DNA of 64,000 bases from Auanema rhodensis (Eukaryota > Animalia > Nematoda), in assembly GCA_964057225.1 (NCBI GenBank), contig OZ059900.1, positions 4,898,001-4,962,000 on the forward strand. Direction: 5' to 3'. The notes beneath the pieces were generated by a model. The model worked only from the letters and a program-made list of their open reading frames with translations. It ran no database searches and was not told the DNA's origin. Position numbers and translations under genes: made by a program. Position 1 is the stretch's first letter, and every line of letters starts with the position of its first letter. Shown piece after piece: positions 58,562 to 64,000 of this stretch.

Positions 58562-61500
58562 AACCATGGGAAATTCATTTAAGTTCACAGTATTCTTCTA
58601 TCTTTAACGGTATCCGAGTTACAAATCAAGATCACTTTCTTTGGATACTTAGGTGGTATAGCTACCTGTTCACAAAAAATTGAAAGTCCTGGTTACCATG
58701 CATCAAACCCATTAAGATTGTGTTTCTAGACTAATATAACCATGGGAAATTCATTTAAGTTCACAGTATTCTTCTATCTTTAACGGTATCCGAGTTACAA
58801 ATCAAGATCACTTTCTTTGGATACTTAGGTGGTATAGCTACCTGTTCACAAAAAATTGGAAGTCCTGGTTACCATGCATCAAACCCATTAAGATTGTGTT
58901 TCTAGACTAATATGACCATGGGAAATTTATTTAAGTACACAGTATTCTTCTATCTTTAACGGTATCCGAGTTACAAATCAAGATCACTTTCTTTGGATAC
59001 TTAGGTGGTATAGCTACCTGTTCACAAAAAATTGGAAGTCCTGGTTACCATGCATCAAACCCATTAAGATTGTGTTTCTAGACTAATATAACCATGGGAA
59101 ATTCATTTAAGTTCACAGTATTCTTCTATCTTTAACGGTATCCGAGTTACAAATCAAGATCACTTTCTTTGGATACTTAGGTGGTATAGCTACCTGTTCA
59201 CAAAAAATTGGAAGTCCTGGTTACCATGCATCAAACCCATTAAGATTGTGTTTCTAGACTAATATAACCATGGGAAATTCATTTAAGTTCACAGTATTCT
59301 TCTATCTTTAACGGTATCCGAGTTACAAATCAAGATCACTTTCTTTGGATACTTAGGTGGTATAGCTACCTGTTCACAAAAAATTGGAAGTCCTGGTTAC
59401 CATGCATCAAACCCATTAAGATTGTGTTTCTAGACTAATATGACCATGAGAAATTCATTTAAGTTCACAGTATTCTTCTATCTTTAACGGTATCCGAGTT
59501 ACAAATCAAGATCACTTTCTTTGGATACTTAGGTGGTATAGCTACCTGTTCACAAAAAATTGGAAGTCCTGGTTACCATGCATCAAACCCATTAAGATTG
59601 TGTTTCTAGACTAATATAACCATGGGAAATTCATTTAAGTTCACAGTATTCTTCTATCTTTAACGGTATCCGAGTTACAAATCAAGATCACTTTCTTTGG
59701 ATACTTAGGTGGTATAGCTACCTGTTCACAAAAAATTGGAAGTCCTGGTTACCTTGCATCAAACCCATTAAGATTGTGTTTCTAGACTAATATGACCATG
59801 GGAAATTCATTTAAGTTCACAGTATTCTTTTATCTTTAACGGTATCCGAGTTACAAATCAAGATCACTTTCTTTGGATACTTAGGTGGTATAGCTACCTG
59901 TTCACAAAAAATTGGAAGTCCTGGTTACCATGCATCAAACCCATTAAGATTGTGTTTCTAGACTAATATAACCATGGGAAATTCATTTAAGTTTACAGTA
60001 TTCTTCTATCTTTAACGGTATCCGAGTTACAAATCAAGATCACTTTCTTTGGATACTTAGGTGGTATAGCTACCTGTTCACAAAAAATTGGAAGTCTTGG
60101 TTACCATGCATCAAATCCTTTAAGATAGTGTTTCTAGACTAATATAACCATGGGGACTTCATTAAATTTCACAGTATTCTTCTATCTTCAATGGTATCCG
60201 AGTTACAAATCAAGATCACTTTCTTTGGATACTTAGGTGGTATAGCTACCTGTTCACAAAAAATTGGAAGTCCTGGTTACCTTGCATCAAACCCATTAAG
60301 ATTGTGTTTCTAGACTAATATAACCATGGGAAATTCATTTAAGTTCACAGTATTCTTCTATCTTTAACGGTATCCGAGTTACAAATCAAGATCACTTTCT
60401 TTGGATACTTAGGTGGTATAGCTACCTGTTCACAAAAAATTGGAAGTCCTGGTTACCATGCATCAAACCCATTAAGATAGTGTTTCTAGACTAATATAAC
60501 CATGGGGACTTTATCAAATTTCACAGTATTCTTCTATCTTTAACGGTATCCGAGTTACAAATCAAGATCACTTTCTTTGGATACTTAGGTGGTATAGCTA
60601 CCTGTTCACAAAAAATTGGAAGTCCTGGTTACCATGCATCAAACCCATTAAGATTGTGTTTCTAGACTAATATGACCATGAGAAATTCATTTAAGTTCAC
60701 AGTATTCTTCTATCTTTAACGGTATCCGAGTTACAAATCAAGATCACTTTCTTTGGATACTTAGGTGGTATAGCTACCTGTTCACAAAAAATTGGAAGTC
60801 CTGGTTACCATGCATCAAACCCATTAAGATTGTGCTTCTAGACTAATATGACCATGGGAAATTTATTTAAGTACACAGTATTCTTCTATCTTTAACGGTA
60901 TCCGAGTTACAAATCAAGATCACTTTCTTTGGATACTTATGTGGTATAGCTACCTGTTCACAAAAAATTGGAAGTCCTGGTTACCATGCATCAAACCCAT
61001 TAAGATTGTGTTTCTAGACTAATATGACCATGGGAAATTTATTTAAGTACACAGTATTCTTCTATCTTTAACGGTATCCGAGTTAGAAATCAAGATCACT
61101 TTCTTTGGATACTTATGTGGTATAGCTACCTGTTCACAAAAAATTGGAAGTCTTGGTTACCATGCATCAAATCCTTTAAGATAGTGTTTCTAGACTAATA
61201 TAACCATGGGGACTTTATCAAATTTCACAGTATTCTTCTATCTTTAACGGTATCCGAGTTACAAATCAAGATCACTTTCTTTGGATACTTAGGTGGTATA
61301 GCTACCTGTTCACAAAAAATTGGAAGTCCTGGTTACCATGCATCAAATCCTTTAAGATAGTGTTTCTAGACTAATATAACCATGGGGACTTTATCAAATT
61401 TCACAGTATTCTTCTATCTTTAACGGTATCCGAGTTACAAATCAAGATCACTTTCTTTGGATACTTAGGTGGTATAGCTACCTGTTCACAAAAAATTGGA

Positions 61501-64000
61501 AGTCCTGGTTACCATGCATCAAACCCATTAAGATTGTGTCTCTAGACTAATATAACCATGGGAAATTCATTTAAGTTCACAGTATTCTTCTATCTTTAAC
61601 GGTATCCGAGTTACAAATCAAGATCACTTTCTTTGGATACTTAGGTGGTATAGCTACCTGTTCACAAAAAATTGGAAGTCCTGGTTACCATGCATCAAAC
61701 CCATTAAGATTGTGTTTCTAGACTAATATAACCATGGGGACTTTATCAAATTTCACAGTATTCTTCTATCTTTAACGGTATCCGAGTTACAAATCAAGAT
61801 CACTTTCTTTGGATACTTAGGTGGTATAGCTACCTGTTCACAAAAAATTGGAAGTCCTGGTTACCATGCATCAAACCCATTAAGATTGTGTTTCTAGACT
61901 AATATAACCATGGGAAATTCATTTAAGTTCACAGTATTCTTCTATCTTTAACGGTATCCGAGTTACAAATCAAGATCACTTTCTTTGGATACTTAGGTGT
62001 TATAGCTACCTGTTCACAAAAAATTGGAAGTCCTGGTTACCATGCATCAAACCCATTAAGATTGTGTTTCTAGACTAATATAACCATGGGAAATTCATTT
62101 AAGTTCACAGTATTCTTCTATCTTTAACGGTATCCGAGTTACAAATCAAGATCACTTTCTTTGGATACTTAGGTGGTATAGCTACCTGTTCACAAAAAAT
62201 TGGAAGTCCTGGTTACCATGCATCAAACCCATTAAGATTGTGTTTCTAGACTAATATAACCATGGGAAATTCATTTAAGTTCACAGTATTCTTCTATCTT
62301 TAACGGTATCCGAGTTACAAATCAAGATCACTTTCTTTGGATACTTAGGTGGTATAGCTACCTGTTCACAAAAAATTGGAAGTCCTGGTTACCATGCATC
62401 AAACCCATTAAGATTGTGTTTCTAGACTAATATGACCATGAGAAATTCATTTAAGTTCACAGTATTCTTCTATCTTTAACGGTATCCGAGTTACAAATCA
62501 AGATCACTTTCTTTGGATACTTAGGTGGTATAGCTACCTGTTCACAAAAAATTGGAAGTCCTGGTTACCATGCATCAAACCCATTAAGATTGTGTTTCTA
62601 GACTAATATAACCATGGGAAATTCATTTAAGTTCACAGTATTCTTCTATCTTTAACGGTATCCGAGTTACAAATCAAGATCACTTTCTTTGGATACTTAG
62701 GTGGTATAGCTACCTGTTCACAAAAAATTGGAAGTCTTGGTTACCATGCATCAAACCCATTAAGATTGTGTTTCTAGACTAATATGACCATGGGAAATTC
62801 ATTTAAGTTCACAGTATTCTTTTATCTTTAACGGTATCCGAGTTACAAATCAAGATCACTTTCTTTGGATACTTATGTGGTATAGCTACCTGTTCACAAA
62901 AAATTGGAAGTCCTGGTTACCATGCATCAAATCCTTTAAGATAGTGTTTCTAGACTAATATAACCATGGGGACTTTATCAAATTTCACAGTATTCTTCTA
63001 TCTTTAACGGTATCCGAGTTACAAATCAAGATCACTTTCTTTGGATACTTAGGTGGTATAGCTACCTGTTCACAAAAAATTGGAAGTCCTGGTTACCATG
63101 CATCAAACCCATTAAGATTGTGTCTCTAGACTAATATAACCATGGGAAATTCATTTAAGTTCACAGTATTCTTCTATCTTTAACGGTATCCGAGTTACAA
63201 ATCAAGATCACTTTCTTTGGATACTTAGGTGGTATAGCTACCTGTTCACAAAAAATTGGAAGTCCTGGTTACCATGCATCAAACCCATTAAGATTGTGTT
63301 TCTAGACTAATATAACCATGGGAAATTCATTTAAGTTCACAGTATTCTTCTATCTTTAACGGTATCCGAGTTACAAATCAAGATCACTTTCTTTGGATAC
63401 TTAGGTGGTATAGCTACCTGTTCACAAAAAATTGGAAGTCCTGGTTACCATGCATCAAACCCATTAAGATTGTGTTTCTAGACTAATATGACCATGGGAA
63501 ATTTATTTAAGTTCACAGTATTCTTTTATCTTCAACGGTATCCGAGTTACAAATCAAGATCACTTTCTTTGGATACTTATGTGGTATAGCTACCTGTTCA
63601 CAAAAAATTGGAAGTCTTGGTTACCATGCATCAAATCCTTTAAGATAGTGTTTCTAGACTAATATGACCATGAGAAATTCATTTAAGTTTACAGTATTCT
63701 TCTATCTTTAACGGTATCCGAGTTACAAATCAAGATCACTTTCTTTGGATACTTAGGTGGTATAGCTACCTGTTCACAAAAAATTGGAAGTCCTGGTTAC
63801 CATGCATCAAACCCGTTAAGATTGTGTTTCTAGACTAATATGAGCATGGGAAATTCATTTAAGTTTACAGTATTCTTCTATCTTTAACGGTATCCGAGTT
63901 ACAAATCAAGATCACTTTCTTTGGATACTTAGGTGGTATAGCTACCTGTTCACAAAAAATTGGAAGTCTTGGTTACCATGCATCAAACACAATACGATAG

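Larger units (their letters stand above)
1..64000. repeat. 176-bp tandem satellite DNA array (365 complete monomers + 170 bp), single orientation, probably centromeric/pericentromeric
   Basis: Consensus TAGACTAATATAACCATGGGAAATTCATTTAAGTTCACAGTATTCTTCTATCTTTAACGGTATCCGAGTTACAAATCAAGATCACTTTCTTTGGATACTTAGGTGGTATAGCTACCTGTTCACAAAAAATTGGAAGTCCTGGTTACCATGCATCAAACCCATTAAGATTGTGTTTC restarts at 1, 177, 353, etc. Phase is exact at 16721 (95x176+1). At the end, monomer position 131 is at 63961, and 63830+410 deleted bp = 365x176. The repeat is certain; the centromeric role is inferred. Confidence 0.98.

Noticed and set aside
1-64000. CRISPR-like array (constant block alternating with variable block)
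   Set aside because: The constant part is ~118 bp, and the variable parts are a few alleles of the same sequence rather than unique spacers. There is no leader and no cas gene.
1-64000. Repeat-encoded protein (Kozak-like ACCATGG in most monomers)
   Set aside because: The ATG at 16 hits a stop at TAA 55-57 after 13 codons. The 176-bp period is not a multiple of 3, and stop codons are frequent on both strands.
1-64000. 5S rDNA, tRNA or snRNA tandem array
   Set aside because: No recognisable 5S, tRNA or snRNA sequence or Pol III box motifs; GC is only ~35%.
1-64000. Identity with primate alpha satellite or Arabidopsis thaliana CEN178; CENP-B box
   Set aside because: Length and sequence do not match what I recall of these families. 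No TTCG....A..CGGG motif is present.
1-64000. Hidden transposon insertion, inversion or unique island
   Set aside because: None was seen on reading. Phase arithmetic closes exactly with the 17 deletions (410 bp), leaving no room for out-of-register insertions.

Overview
The whole 64-kb window is one uninterrupted head-to-tail array of a 176-bp AT-rich (~35% GC) satellite, all in one orientation. It holds 365 complete monomers plus 170 bp of a 366th. I found no genes, RNA genes, transposons, CRISPR arrays or unique sequence. Monomer length, homogeneity and higher-order repeats (HORs) suggest a eukaryotic centromeric or pericentromeric satellite, probably plant; a Brassicaceae origin is only tentative. 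The 176-bp register is broken only by three recurrent deletions: 34 bp x11, 11 bp x3 and 1 bp x3. These total 410 bp, which exactly explains the phase at the end of the window. Variation is concentrated in a ~58-bp segment with a few alleles, beside a ~118-bp near-invariant block. Variants reveal nested HORs and block duplications (offsets of 5, 6, 7, 18, 20, 27 and 73 monomers) and spatial zonation. I see no evidence of a novel gene-encoded system; the interest lies in the array architecture.
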